A stretch of DNA of 64,000 bases, taken from contig JBJPGB010000051.1 of NCBI GenBank assembly GCA_048595405.1, positions 8,551 through 72,550 of the forward strand, given 5' to 3'. Below are positions 47,369 through 56,513 of this stretch, piece after piece. How positions within the stretch are numbered: the first letter of the stretch is position 1; each line of letters begins with the position of its first letter. The position numbers and the translations under genes are program-made. This DNA comes from Methylophagaceae bacterium. GTDB taxonomy: Bacteria > Pseudomonadota > Gammaproteobacteria > Nitrosococcales > Methylophagaceae. The notes beneath the pieces were generated by a model. It had not been told where the DNA came from. It worked only from the letters and a program-made list of their open reading frames with translations, and ran no database searches.

Positions 47369-49209
47369 TCCCCGCCCAGCAGTGATACTTTGGGCTTACC
47401 GACTAAATAGCCTTGAATATAGTCTATACCATAACTTTTAAGTAAATCCATCGTGCTTTGATGCTCAACATATTCTGCCACTGTTTTCTTACCTAAACTA
47501 TGGGCAATATCAATCATTGATTGCACCAGTACTTGGTCAATTGGATCGCTTTCTAGGTCAGTGATAAATGCACCATCAATTTTCAAGATCTCAACCGGAA
47601 AATTCTTTAAATAATGGTAAGAATTAAAACCCGAGCCAAAGTCATCTAATGCAAATCGACAGCCTAAAGAACGCAATCTATTCACCATATCTTTGGTTTC
47701 ATCAACATTAGAAATGGCTGCCGTTTCCGTAATCTCAAATACAATCCGAGCCGGATCAACACCTGTTTGAGCTAATTTTTTCTGCACTAAGGGGTATAGT
47801 TTCTTATCTAAGAAGATGTTGCCAGACAAATTAATATTAAAAGATAAATGGTCGGGCAATGAACGCATTAAATCAAAAACATGATTTACGACCCATAAAT
47901 CAATCTGTTGGGCTAAACCCATTTTTTCTGCAACCGGAATAAAATCATTCGGATAATAGATGGTATTATCCTCACCTCTCATCCTAATTAAACATTCATA
48001 GTGACTGACTTCATTGGTTTCAACGGAATATATCGGTTGAAACTCTAACAGAAAATTTTCTTGTTGAAGAGCCGCTCTGATCCGAGGTGCCCATTGCACA
48101 TTATGGCGTAATGAATCCATTTCACGATCACTAGGATTATACAAATGAACACGATTACGGCCACGTTTTTTAGCGGCATAACAAGCTTGATTAGCCTGCG
48201 TCAGCACATCACCAACCATTATAGGTTCATCAGCAGAAATTGACTTAATCCCAATGCTTGCTGATAAATGATAATGATTGCCTTTATGCTCAAAATTATA
48301 ACCATCAAGTATATCGCGCAACTCTTCTGATCTTGCTAAGGCCTGATATTTATCCATATTATCGACCAGTACCGCAAACTCATCTGAGCCGATTCTGACT
48401 ACAATATCTTTACTTGAGAAAAAAGCTCTTAATGAATTAGCAATCTGGACTAATAAAGCATCGCCGACGACATGGCCCTCCGAATCATTAAGTACTTTAA
48501 AACGATCCAAATCAATATAAAGTAGCGCACTATGGGTGTGGAAATTACGGGTTTGGATAATGCTTAATTCGATTGCTTGTTCTAATTTTCTGCGGTTAGC
48601 TAAACCCGTTAAATCATCATGCTCGACCGAAAACTGTAATCGAGCCTCCATTACTTTCAACGTCGCTAGTTCTTCTTCAAGTTCTAACTGTTTCTGATAA
48701 GTTTGGTCACGTTCTTTTTTGATTGCTAATGCCGTCATTACTGATGGTGGGAATGATTCTGCAGTTAATGGGTTATATAATAATGTTGTAACGCCATGAC
48801 CAAGATCGGTTAATGTTTGAGCATGATCCCATTGCGACTCTTGAGTCAATGAAATAATGGGGATACGGCGCCATTCATCAAATTTATCCATGGTATTGCG
48901 AAGATCATGTGCCGACATCCCAACTAGATTTGTGTCGAGAATCACCAAATCAATGTCACAGAGATCGTTACTTATGCCTTTTTGCAAATAAGACATGACA
49001 TCTTCGCTACTGTTTGCGTTGGAGATATCTGTAAACCCACTGATTTCCAGCATGGTTTTCATATAGGCAACATCAGATTCTTTGGCACCGGCGATAATAA
49101 TTTTCGAGTCGAGTAAGACCCCAACATCTGAGCCTACTACAGGATCAATTTGTTGTTTTTGGGGAATATCTAGCTGATATTCCGTCGTTTTTTCACTTAT
49201 TATTGTCAC
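47365..49209 (-). CDS. atypical receiver-GGDEF-EAL protein
   Basis: REC-like N-terminus that lacks the acidic DD pair. GGDEF site degenerate (RIGSDEFAV). EAL domain with ECLIRM, FEITET and DDFGSGFNS. Confidence 0.85.
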   Translation of the reverse strand: MTIISEKTTEYQLDIPQKQQIDPVVGSDVGVLLDSKIIIAGAKESDVAYMKTMLEISGFTDISNANSSEDVMSYLQKGISNDLCDIDLVILDTNLVGMSAHDLRNTMDKFDEWRRIPIISLTQESQWDHAQTLTDLGHGVTTLLYNPLTAESFPPSVMTALAIKKERDQTYQKQLELEEELATLKVMEARLQFSVEHDDLTGLANRRKLEQAIELSIIQTRNFHTHSALLYIDLDRFKVLNDSEGHVVGDALLVQIANSLRAFFSSKDIVVRIGSDEFAVLVDNMDKYQALARSEELRDILDGYNFEHKGNHYHLSASIGIKSISADEPIMVGDVLTQANQACYAAKKRGRNRVHLYNPSDREMDSLRHNVQWAPRIRAALQQENFLLEFQPIYSVETNEVSHYECLIRMRGEDNTIYYPNDFIPVAEKMGLAQQIDLWVVNHVFDLMRSLPDHLSFNINLSGNIFLDKKLYPLVQKKLAQTGVDPARIVFEITETAAISNVDETKDMVNRLRSLGCRFALDDFGSGFNSYHYLKNFPVEILKIDGAFITDLESDPIDQVLVQSMIDIAHSLGKKTVAEYVEHQSTMDLLKSYGIDYIQGYLVGKPKVSLLGGD

Positions 49210-49375
49210 AATTTTAAATCGCTATGGTCTCTAACCCTCTCCAACTTAGCGATGACAATATCTGTTTTATTTATAAAAATCAACACTTAATGACATTTAT
49301 ATAATGCAATATATAAAGTGTTGTAAAATTGATACTCAGAATGATGTATCAAAAACTGTTAAATAGATCACATTT

Positions 49376-49660
49376 TTAAGGTTTTTTATCTTGGTTTACA
49401 GGGACTTTGCCTGAAACCAAGTATGCAAAAGCAATAACTTCAGCAATGACACGATAGAGCATTTCCGGTATTTCTTCTCCTAACTCAAGCTCGCCCAATA
49501 ACTCGGCTAACATGGCATCTTCCCGCAAAGGAACACCATGTTCACGTGCTATTCGAATAATCTCTTCTGCAATAACGCCTTCACCAGATGCGGTAACTGT
49601 CGGGGCATGTTCACCATCATATTGCAGTGCTATCGCACGTAGGGTTTGTATTTCGCTCAT
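49376..49660 (-). CDS. FlhB C-terminal-domain-like small protein (EscU/YscU/HrcU-related)
   Basis: Trimmed to MSEIQTLRAIALQYDG..APTVTASGEG..A..I..IA.EHGVPL..D. Its ATG overlaps the upstream stop as ATGA. Confidence 0.72.
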   Translation of the reverse strand: MSEIQTLRAIALQYDGEHAPTVTASGEGVIAEEIIRIAREHGVPLREDAMLAELLGELELGEEIPEMLYRVIAEVIAFAYLVSGKVPVNQDKKP

Positions 49661-51321
49661 ACCGACACGTCTACTAGTGCGTTCGTTGGTGCTATATCTT
49701 GGCTCATCAGCACTGGTCTTGCTATTTCTCCGCAATAACAACTGCTATGGGACATCGATACCCCTAATTTGGATAGTGCTGCATCCAGAAAGGGTAAATT
49801 CTGCTCCAATAAGAGGGCACTTTGCGATCGCTGTGCTCGAAATACTATTTTGAGATCTTCCGCATGCATCGTTACCGTCGCTTGTACGGGACCTAAATTC
49901 TGTGTATCTAACCGAAGTTGTACACTCCAAATATCTTCTAGTTCATCTTCAGCTTGTTGGCGATATTGGTCAATTTGAAGCTGCAATAAATCCACATTCT
50001 GTTTATCTTTAATCGGCACATCAAATAACCAACTGGCTACTGTGTTGGGTGAGTCAGGCTCTTTCAACATCGATAACTGGTTAAATTGTAATTTATTATG
50101 AACGCCTTCCACCTCTCTCAACATCATTTGTAATTCGGCGAGTACAACTGGAATAGGTCGATTAGATGCCGCGATAGTTTGTCCAATGCTTGGTGCCGGT
50201 TTACTCAATAATTGTGTTATCAATAAGGCCTGTTCTTGACTGGCAATTGCAGGGGTTGTTTGTGCGGTCGCGGTATGAATTACTGGCGGAAAAGTTTTGG
50301 CTGGCAGTAAAATATTTAATAATTGCGCCGGTGTTTTCCCTTGTGCTGCTAATGCAGATTGCACTTGTGCTGGCAGCTTGTTCAACACGGCTTTGGCATC
50401 GCCACCCTTTTGACTAACTTGTGCAATTACAGTTTCTAATGCTGCTATAACCTTTAATATATTTGCCTTAAAATCCTGTTTAATAACAATGGGTTGGCTA
50501 ATTAATTGTTTTTCGGTAAAGGCGCCAGAAGACACTAATGCTTGCTTGAAGGCATTGGCCTTGGTCACGGCTGGTTTGTCTAATACTTGTTGTAAAAGCT
50601 GTTTAATCTCACGCTGGACAAGCTCTGGGACTTGTTGGTTTTGAACGGCTTTTGCTATCGTTGCTAAACTCGGTTTATCAACTTGTTGTCGTACTAACTG
50701 CTGAAGCCGCTCTACTATGATTTGTTCACGTGACGGTGCTTGTTCCGGACGCAGATTAATGGTGAGAGGCTTAGTGCTAATAATATCCACGGTCAATTTA
50801 TCACCAGCTTGATAACGCTGTGTCAATTGCGATATATCAATATCAAATCGTTGAATAGCCGGCGCCAACTTTGCTAAAGGTTGTGAACGATTATCAAATG
50901 CTGCGACTGTCTGTACTAATACTCTATTTTCAGCTAATACTTTGACCACCTCTACCGCTACTTGTTGGCCGGCTTTCACGAGATTACTCGTTATATTATT
51001 AATCGCTGGATTTGCTTTAGCCGTTGTTTCCACGAGTGGCGCTGCATTTTGGCCTGTGGTTTGTTGCGGCACTAATTTTAATACCGGCTTGCCATTTTCC
51101 AATGCTAGTTCAAGTTGTATCCGCTGACCTAGCTGTAAGGCTTCTGATGCACGAATAGTTAATAGGCTATTTGCTAGCTTTATCGTCACCAATTCACCTG
51201 CAATTGCAGCTTTTACTACAACCGCTTCAAGCCTCTGCCCAATAACGATCTCTGCTAATAGCTTAGCAGGGATATCTTGGATCAATCCAACTGGATTTTG
51301 CAATGATTGCTGAATCAACAC
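49657..51321 (-). CDS. FliK-like hook-length control family protein
   Basis: Q/A/L-rich 554-aa protein. Its C-terminal Flg_hook-type region reads VQLRLDTQNLGPVQATVTMHAEDLKIVFRAQRSQSALLLEQNLPFLDAALSKLG. GTG start. Confidence 0.68.
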   Translation of the reverse strand: MLIQQSLQNPVGLIQDIPAKLLAEIVIGQRLEAVVVKAAIAGELVTIKLANSLLTIRASEALQLGQRIQLELALENGKPVLKLVPQQTTGQNAAPLVETTAKANPAINNITSNLVKAGQQVAVEVVKVLAENRVLVQTVAAFDNRSQPLAKLAPAIQRFDIDISQLTQRYQAGDKLTVDIISTKPLTINLRPEQAPSREQIIVERLQQLVRQQVDKPSLATIAKAVQNQQVPELVQREIKQLLQQVLDKPAVTKANAFKQALVSSGAFTEKQLISQPIVIKQDFKANILKVIAALETVIAQVSQKGGDAKAVLNKLPAQVQSALAAQGKTPAQLLNILLPAKTFPPVIHTATAQTTPAIASQEQALLITQLLSKPAPSIGQTIAASNRPIPVVLAELQMMLREVEGVHNKLQFNQLSMLKEPDSPNTVASWLFDVPIKDKQNVDLLQLQIDQYRQQAEDELEDIWSVQLRLDTQNLGPVQATVTMHAEDLKIVFRAQRSQSALLLEQNLPFLDAALSKLGVSMSHSSCYCGEIARPVLMSQDIAPTNALVDVSV

Positions 51322-51393
51322 AATAATTTCAGCCCACTTTTGTTATTCACAATGCTAGTATAGCAAGCAACTTACTCGCTTAGAGAAAGCAAT

Positions 51394-52269
51394 ATGGAAA
51401 AAAACAACGTACTTTGGTATACCCGCCGACAAGGTGTCATAAACGGCCCATTTACCAGCCCCATTATCATTAATAATATCACCCTTAATCGCTTGGCAAT
51501 GCATGATGAAGTCAGCCATGACCAACTCAGCTGGCACACTATCAGGGATAAACCTGAGCTACACCCAGCTAGCATCGATAAAAATAAGAAAAAGAAAAGC
51601 TTAGATGAACGTAATGGCTTTGATCGTCGCCAAGATAATAAGATTGATGAGTTAATTGCCCAACAACGCAAAAAAGACCGTCGCAGGCAGGAAAACCGAG
51701 AAGAGATCTATCACCGACAATTCCATACGCTGCTGATGCGAAAGTTTCGTGAGCGCAAGGAGACTCTTTTTTGGCCGTTATTTAGTATTTTTTCAGTATT
51801 AAGCTTGGTGACTTTATTAGCCTTTTCATTCTCTCCAGAAATTGCAGCGCCTTTACCCAATTGTGCCACTGAGCCAATGCCAGGGGTAAATTGGAATAAT
51901 TGTTTAAAAGCACAGCTTAATTTTCAAGATCAGGATTTAAGCAATGCGCAATTACGTAATAGTCAATTAATGGGCTCAAACCTGATGAATACTACGCTGA
52001 TCGGTGCTGATCTTGCCTATGCTGATCTTGGGTTTAGCAATCTCAGTTATAGCCAATTACAAAACACCATTTTATTAGGTGCTAGTTTGAAAAAAGCAGA
52101 TTTAACGAATGCAGATCTGACTAATGCCGACTTATCTTATGCCGATCTCAGTGGTGCAACTCTGAGTGGCAGTGTGATAACTAATACCCGCTTTGAACAT
52201 GCTATCTGGCCCAATGGTCAGCTATGTGCCCCCGGATCAATTGGTGAATGCATTGCGGTTACAAAGTAA
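51394..52269 (+). CDS. membrane protein: GYF_2-like domain, basic linker, TM segment, pentapeptide repeats
   Basis: WYTRRQGVINGPFT...DEVSHDQLSWHTI (GYF_2-like). K/R-rich stretch. One TM segment. About 20 consecutive A(D/N)LxX pentapeptides (ADLTNADLTNADLSYADLSGATLSG). Confidence 0.7.
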   Translation: MEKNNVLWYTRRQGVINGPFTSPIIINNITLNRLAMHDEVSHDQLSWHTIRDKPELHPASIDKNKKKKSLDERNGFDRRQDNKIDELIAQQRKKDRRRQENREEIYHRQFHTLLMRKFRERKETLFWPLFSIFSVLSLVTLLAFSFSPEIAAPLPNCATEPMPGVNWNNCLKAQLNFQDQDLSNAQLRNSQLMGSNLMNTTLIGADLAYADLGFSNLSYSQLQNTILLGASLKKADLTNADLTNADLSYADLSGATLSGSVITNTRFEHAIWPNGQLCAPGSIGECIAVTK

Positions 52270-52357
52270 ACATGTCAATTTCCAAATAGATAAATCGAAT
52301 TAGTAATGAGTATTTTGAGATTCTTTTTAACACCGCTGCGGCGAAAAAGACGAATCG

Positions 52358-52741
52358 TTAATGTAGTGTTTGTGGGACAGAGAGGGTAAACGCCGGAATA
52401 TCCACCTCAAATCGTTCGCCATCATCATCAACCATCATATAATGGCCTTGCATCATACCCACTGGGGTGTCTAACATTGCAGCGCTAGTATAGGTAAATT
52501 CCTGCTCAGGTGTTAAGTATGGGTGTTGCCCTACTACGCCATCTCCTTCGACTTCTTGTTCATGGCCATCACCACCGGTTATTTTCCAATAACGGGATAA
52601 TAGACGTGCTGAACTAAGGCCTGAATTTTTGATGGTAATGGTATAAGCAAACAAATAGCGTGCTTTTGCTGGATCCGATTCGTGTTCCAGATACGTCGTT
52701 TCAACATCCACTGAAATTTCATTATTTTTGTCCATGCTCAT
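52358..52741 (-). CDS. apaG: ApaG (DUF525) protein
   Basis: Colinear with E. coli ApaG (YLFAYTITI.N.G...LLSRYW.IT.G.G...V.G.GVVG..P.L.P...F.YTS......P.G.MQGHY.M). Confidence 0.88.
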   Translation of the reverse strand: MSMDKNNEISVDVETTYLEHESDPAKARYLFAYTITIKNSGLSSARLLSRYWKITGGDGHEQEVEGDGVVGQHPYLTPEQEFTYTSAAMLDTPVGMMQGHYMMVDDDGERFEVDIPAFTLSVPQTLH

Positions 52742-52748
52742 TGTTTTG

Positions 52749-53735
52749 TTATACCGCTAATTGTTGTGCTAATAATCGTGCTCCTAGTAGACCTACTTTA
52801 GGCTGTAATATCAATCGTACTGGAATATCTTTAACTAACTCTGTCATTTTGCCTTTGGAAATAAAGGCGCTCATAAAGCCACCTTGTTTAATCCGTTCTA
52901 TATTCTTAGCCGCAATACCGCCCGCGATATACAAGCCGGCCCTTGGCAATACATTTAATGCAACATTGCCCGCCTGGGCGCCATAGATTTGAATAAACAT
53001 ATCTAGGGCTTCTAATGCCAATGGATCTTGCTGTTTAAGCGCATAGTGACTGATTGTCTCAGCGGGGTCTCTATCTATCATTGCCTGACGACACTCTGGG
53101 TTCTCATCCACTTGCTGATAAGCACGCAAAAACTCATAAATTGAGACTAAACCAACACCTGATACTACCCGTTCATAAGAAACATGGCCAAAACGTTCAA
53201 TAAGATGTTCCAGTAATAAAATTTGTTTAGGATCGGTGGGGGCAAAATCAGTGTGGCCGCCTTCAGTCGGTAATACTCGCCACCGATCTCCATCAGGAAA
53301 CAATAAGGCTTGTCCTAATCCCGTACCTGCACCAATAACCGCCCGAGGTGCATTTTTGATAGGTTGACCTTGCTGCAAACTCACAATTTCATCGTCTTCT
53401 AAACAAGAGATGCCATAGGCTACTGCTTCAAAATCATTGCATAAATGAATATGACCAATAGTAAATTTAGTGGCCAAGTCATCGGCATTTAACTGCCAGG
53501 GCAAATTGGTGACACTCGCATCTCGGCCTAATACTGGGCCAGCCACGGCAAAACAAGCACTATCAATAAAATAGTCTTTAATGGTTTGATGCGCTAAAAA
53601 CTCTGTAAGTACTAAATCAAAACTGGCAAAATCTTGGCTTGGATATTGTTGTTCTAAAACAATATCACCTTGTTCAGAACTTAACTGAAATAAGGTTTTT
53701 GTACCACCAATATCGACAGCTAACAAATGACGCAT
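52749..53735 (-). CDS. glk: glucokinase
   Basis: LAVDIGGTKT ATP-binding motif and Glk family length. The ATG at 53735 overlaps the pgl stop as TAATG. The listed ORF start at 53768 is probably too long. Confidence 0.88.
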   Translation of the reverse strand: MRHLLAVDIGGTKTLFQLSSEQGDIVLEQQYPSQDFASFDLVLTEFLAHQTIKDYFIDSACFAVAGPVLGRDASVTNLPWQLNADDLATKFTIGHIHLCNDFEAVAYGISCLEDDEIVSLQQGQPIKNAPRAVIGAGTGLGQALLFPDGDRWRVLPTEGGHTDFAPTDPKQILLLEHLIERFGHVSYERVVSGVGLVSIYEFLRAYQQVDENPECRQAMIDRDPAETISHYALKQQDPLALEALDMFIQIYGAQAGNVALNVLPRAGLYIAGGIAAKNIERIKQGGFMSAFISKGKMTELVKDIPVRLILQPKVGLLGARLLAQQLAV

Positions 53736-54457
53736 TATTGACCAGCCGCTGCCGCATCCATAAACCAATAATAGTCACCTTGTGGTGCTAAACGTTGAAC
53801 TGGCAAACCTTGCACTGCATCATTAGTAATATCGCTGACAATAGGTGCCTTTGCTTGCCCGCCGATAAAGACAATCACTTGTCTTGCAGCATTAATCACT
53901 GGATACGTCATGGTGACTCGCCATGAGTCAAACTTCTCAACATAAAGACTGGTGGTTAAGGTATCGCTAACATCTAGTGCATCGGTACCGGGGAATAATG
54001 AGGCTATATGACCATCGGGGCCTAAACCTAATAAGACTAAGTCTAAGGGTTCATCTTGTAGCACTTCATTCATTGTTTGCGCATAACTGACTGCCACTTC
54101 AGGTGCTTCACCTGTTTCCATCGGCATACGATGAACATTTCCTTGCGGGATCGGAAGATGGTCTATCATCGCTTCACGAGCCATTTTGAAATTACTATCA
54201 TCATGCGTTGGCAATACACAGCGTTCATCACCAAAGAATAAATGTACTCGTGACCAATCCACTTGTTCCATATAGGGCGATGTCGTTAATTTTTGATATA
54301 AGCCTTTGGGGGTTGAACCACCCGCTAATGCGACATGAAATATACCACGCTTAGCAATTGCTGAACGTGCTGATGCGACAAATTGTTCAGTTGCTGCATC
54401 AATCAAACTTGACCCATCGGCTAGGATTTTTTGCTCAGCTTTCATGTTGTTCCTCAA
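53735..54457 (-). CDS. pgl: 6-phosphogluconolactonase
   Basis: The LAGGSTP, FFGDER.V and LGLGPDGH.ASLFPG motifs of the DevB/Pgl family. Confidence 0.85.
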   Translation of the reverse strand: MRNNMKAEQKILADGSSLIDAATEQFVASARSAIAKRGIFHVALAGGSTPKGLYQKLTTSPYMEQVDWSRVHLFFGDERCVLPTHDDSNFKMAREAMIDHLPIPQGNVHRMPMETGEAPEVAVSYAQTMNEVLQDEPLDLVLLGLGPDGHIASLFPGTDALDVSDTLTTSLYVEKFDSWRVTMTYPVINAARQVIVFIGGQAKAPIVSDITNDAVQGLPVQRLAPQGDYYWFMDAAAAGQ

Positions 54458-54582
54458 TTTAATTCTTTATAATGTAGACCAACTTGAATGTTGGTTTAAT
54501 GCGTTTATTATATGAAACCTTGTGGTCATTGAGATAGTCTTAATCTCTAAGTCTAGATTATATATCAAGGGAAGGTGCTGCC

Positions 54583-55278
54583 ATGAATAAACTATACATA
54601 TTACTTATCGGTTGTTTGCTTTCTTTTACTAGCACGCTTGCCAGTGCCGATGACGGCTTACACTATAACCAAATAAATTTACATGCCACCGCATCTCGCG
54701 ACACTGAAAATGATCAATTAGTTGCGATGTTAGTGGTTCAAAAGAACGGTTTATCTCCCGCTATGCTAACAAAACAGGTTAACCAAGCAATGGCGTTAAT
54801 CTTGGAAAAAGCGGCACAGTTTGAAATGATAAAAACTCACACGACTAGCTATAACAGTCGACCGCTCTATAACAAAAGTAAGATTAGCTCGTGGCAAGTT
54901 AGTCAAAACATTAAACTCAGCAGCCAAGACTTTGACCAGTTGAGCGAGTTAGTAGGCAAATTGAATGATCTTGCCAATGTGCAATCCATGACCTTTAGTA
55001 TTTCTGACCACTCCCTTGAACGGGTTAAACAGCAACTGATCAAAGAAGCCATTGCCAAGTTTCGCCGTAAAGCGAGTCTTATTGCCACACAATTTGGTCA
55101 AGATAATTACCGGATCATCCAGGTTTCAGTTGATAGTAATTATCGTCAACCACACGCTATGACGCAACGTACTATGGCGATGAGTGAGGCACGTGCCGCG
55201 CCACCAGATTTGTCTGCCGGTACCAATAAAGTCAGTGTTTCTGTCAATGGTTCAATTGAACTGACGGGCAAATACTAA
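54583..55278 (+). CDS. SIMPL-domain (DUF541, YggE-like) periplasmic protein
   Basis: Signal peptide, 231 aa, overall SIMPL-like pattern with the C-terminal ...G...V.V.V.GS.EL. Confidence 0.7.
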   Translation: MNKLYILLIGCLLSFTSTLASADDGLHYNQINLHATASRDTENDQLVAMLVVQKNGLSPAMLTKQVNQAMALILEKAAQFEMIKTHTTSYNSRPLYNKSKISSWQVSQNIKLSSQDFDQLSELVGKLNDLANVQSMTFSISDHSLERVKQQLIKEAIAKFRRKASLIATQFGQDNYRIIQVSVDSNYRQPHAMTQRTMAMSEARAAPPDLSAGTNKVSVSVNGSIELTGKY

Positions 55279-56510
55279 TCTACTTTATCGAACTGTTCTC
55301 GTTTTAATAGCGGTGTTAGTAATGGCGCTTGCACAAATAATGTAAATAGCACTACCCCAAAGGCGATAGATTGTACCGTCCACCAATACGATAGGTCGGT
55401 TGGTAGTGATAATGCTAATGCTAATGTGACGGCACCGCGAAGGCCTCCGACAAACATAATGCGTTGGTAGCCTAACGGAATTCGCTCAACACCAGGTAAT
55501 AAGGAGATCAATGGCGCACCAGCAAATACGCCAACTGCTCGAGCCATTAATACTGCTGCAATCCCAATCAGCATTGCTAACCAATTATCGGTAAACATGC
55601 CAATGGTAATGGTCACACCCATTAACAAGAACATTAAGGCTTCGGCAACATAGACATTAAATGTCCAAAAATCATCCACAAAACTACGTTTTTCATGATC
55701 TTGAAAATCATTATGAATCACACGCCCCATAACCAGACCCGTTACCAATACCGCCATGACGCCTGATACATGAAGCCATTGCTCAGCAAGCAGATAGGAC
55801 AAATAGGCAGACACTAATGTCACAATTGCTTGTTGCACATAATCTTGTAATAAACGTGATAAAAATAAGAAGCCAAGCCCGATAAACAAACCGACAATAA
55901 TGCCCCCGAAAAATACCACCATAAAGCGTGAAACTACATCAATTCCTGAAATATTTTCCATTGGATGTTGAGCAATATAAAGGAAAATACTAAAGGTTAC
56001 GATGGCCGTGGCATCATTAAATAATGCTTCCCCATCAAGCAACAGGCATAAACGATCGGGCACACCTGATTTTCGCATAATTTCAATCACTGCCACGGGA
56101 TCCGTTGCGGCTAATAAGGCGCCGGTAATCAATGCTGCTATCCATGGAAAACCCGTTGGGTGACCAATACCGTAATACACCATCACTGCTGCAACACAGG
56201 TTGATAACAACATGACAGGAATCGCAAAAAATAGAATGACTGCTAATTGCTTCCATAGATGCTCAGCATCGATCTTAAATGCAGCTTCAAAAATTAATAA
56301 TGGTAAAAATACAAATAAAATTAAATCATGAAAGGAATCATAGCGAATACCGGTATCGCCACCAAAAGCAATTAAAATTTCACTCCCTACAAATCCGATA
56401 ACAACCAATAATCCTGCAAATGGAATGTGAAATTTTTCAGCAACAGGTTTTACCAACAGCGCTAATAAAAGCATTAGTGCTAATAACATTAAACCTGAGC
56501 TGATTGCCAT
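55275..56510 (-). CDS. CPA1-family Na+/H+ antiporter (NhaP-like)
   Basis: 411 aa with about 11-12 TM segments. Contains the ATDPVAV and GE.L.ND motifs typical of Na_H_Exchanger proteins. Confidence 0.8.
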   Translation of the reverse strand: MAISSGLMLLALMLLLALLVKPVAEKFHIPFAGLLVVIGFVGSEILIAFGGDTGIRYDSFHDLILFVFLPLLIFEAAFKIDAEHLWKQLAVILFFAIPVMLLSTCVAAVMVYYGIGHPTGFPWIAALITGALLAATDPVAVIEIMRKSGVPDRLCLLLDGEALFNDATAIVTFSIFLYIAQHPMENISGIDVVSRFMVVFFGGIIVGLFIGLGFLFLSRLLQDYVQQAIVTLVSAYLSYLLAEQWLHVSGVMAVLVTGLVMGRVIHNDFQDHEKRSFVDDFWTFNVYVAEALMFLLMGVTITIGMFTDNWLAMLIGIAAVLMARAVGVFAGAPLISLLPGVERIPLGYQRIMFVGGLRGAVTLALALSLPTDLSYWWTVQSIAFGVVLFTLFVQAPLLTPLLKREQFDKVD

Positions 56511-56513
56511 AAT

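Noticed and set aside
49210-49375. Palindromic-looking AT-rich words (ATCGCTA..TAGCGAT, TATATAATGCAATATATA) upstream of the REC-GGDEF-EAL gene as operator sites.
   Set aside because: The stems are only 5-7 bp with long loops, or are self-complementary TATATA runs. These are expected by chance in an AT-rich promoter region.
51355-51671. Two minus-strand ORFs (60 and 99 aa) overlapping the start of the GYF-pentapeptide gene.
   Set aside because: They are antisense to a frame with a recognisable GYF-like domain. The lysine-rich sense region gives a Phe/Leu-rich antisense artefact.
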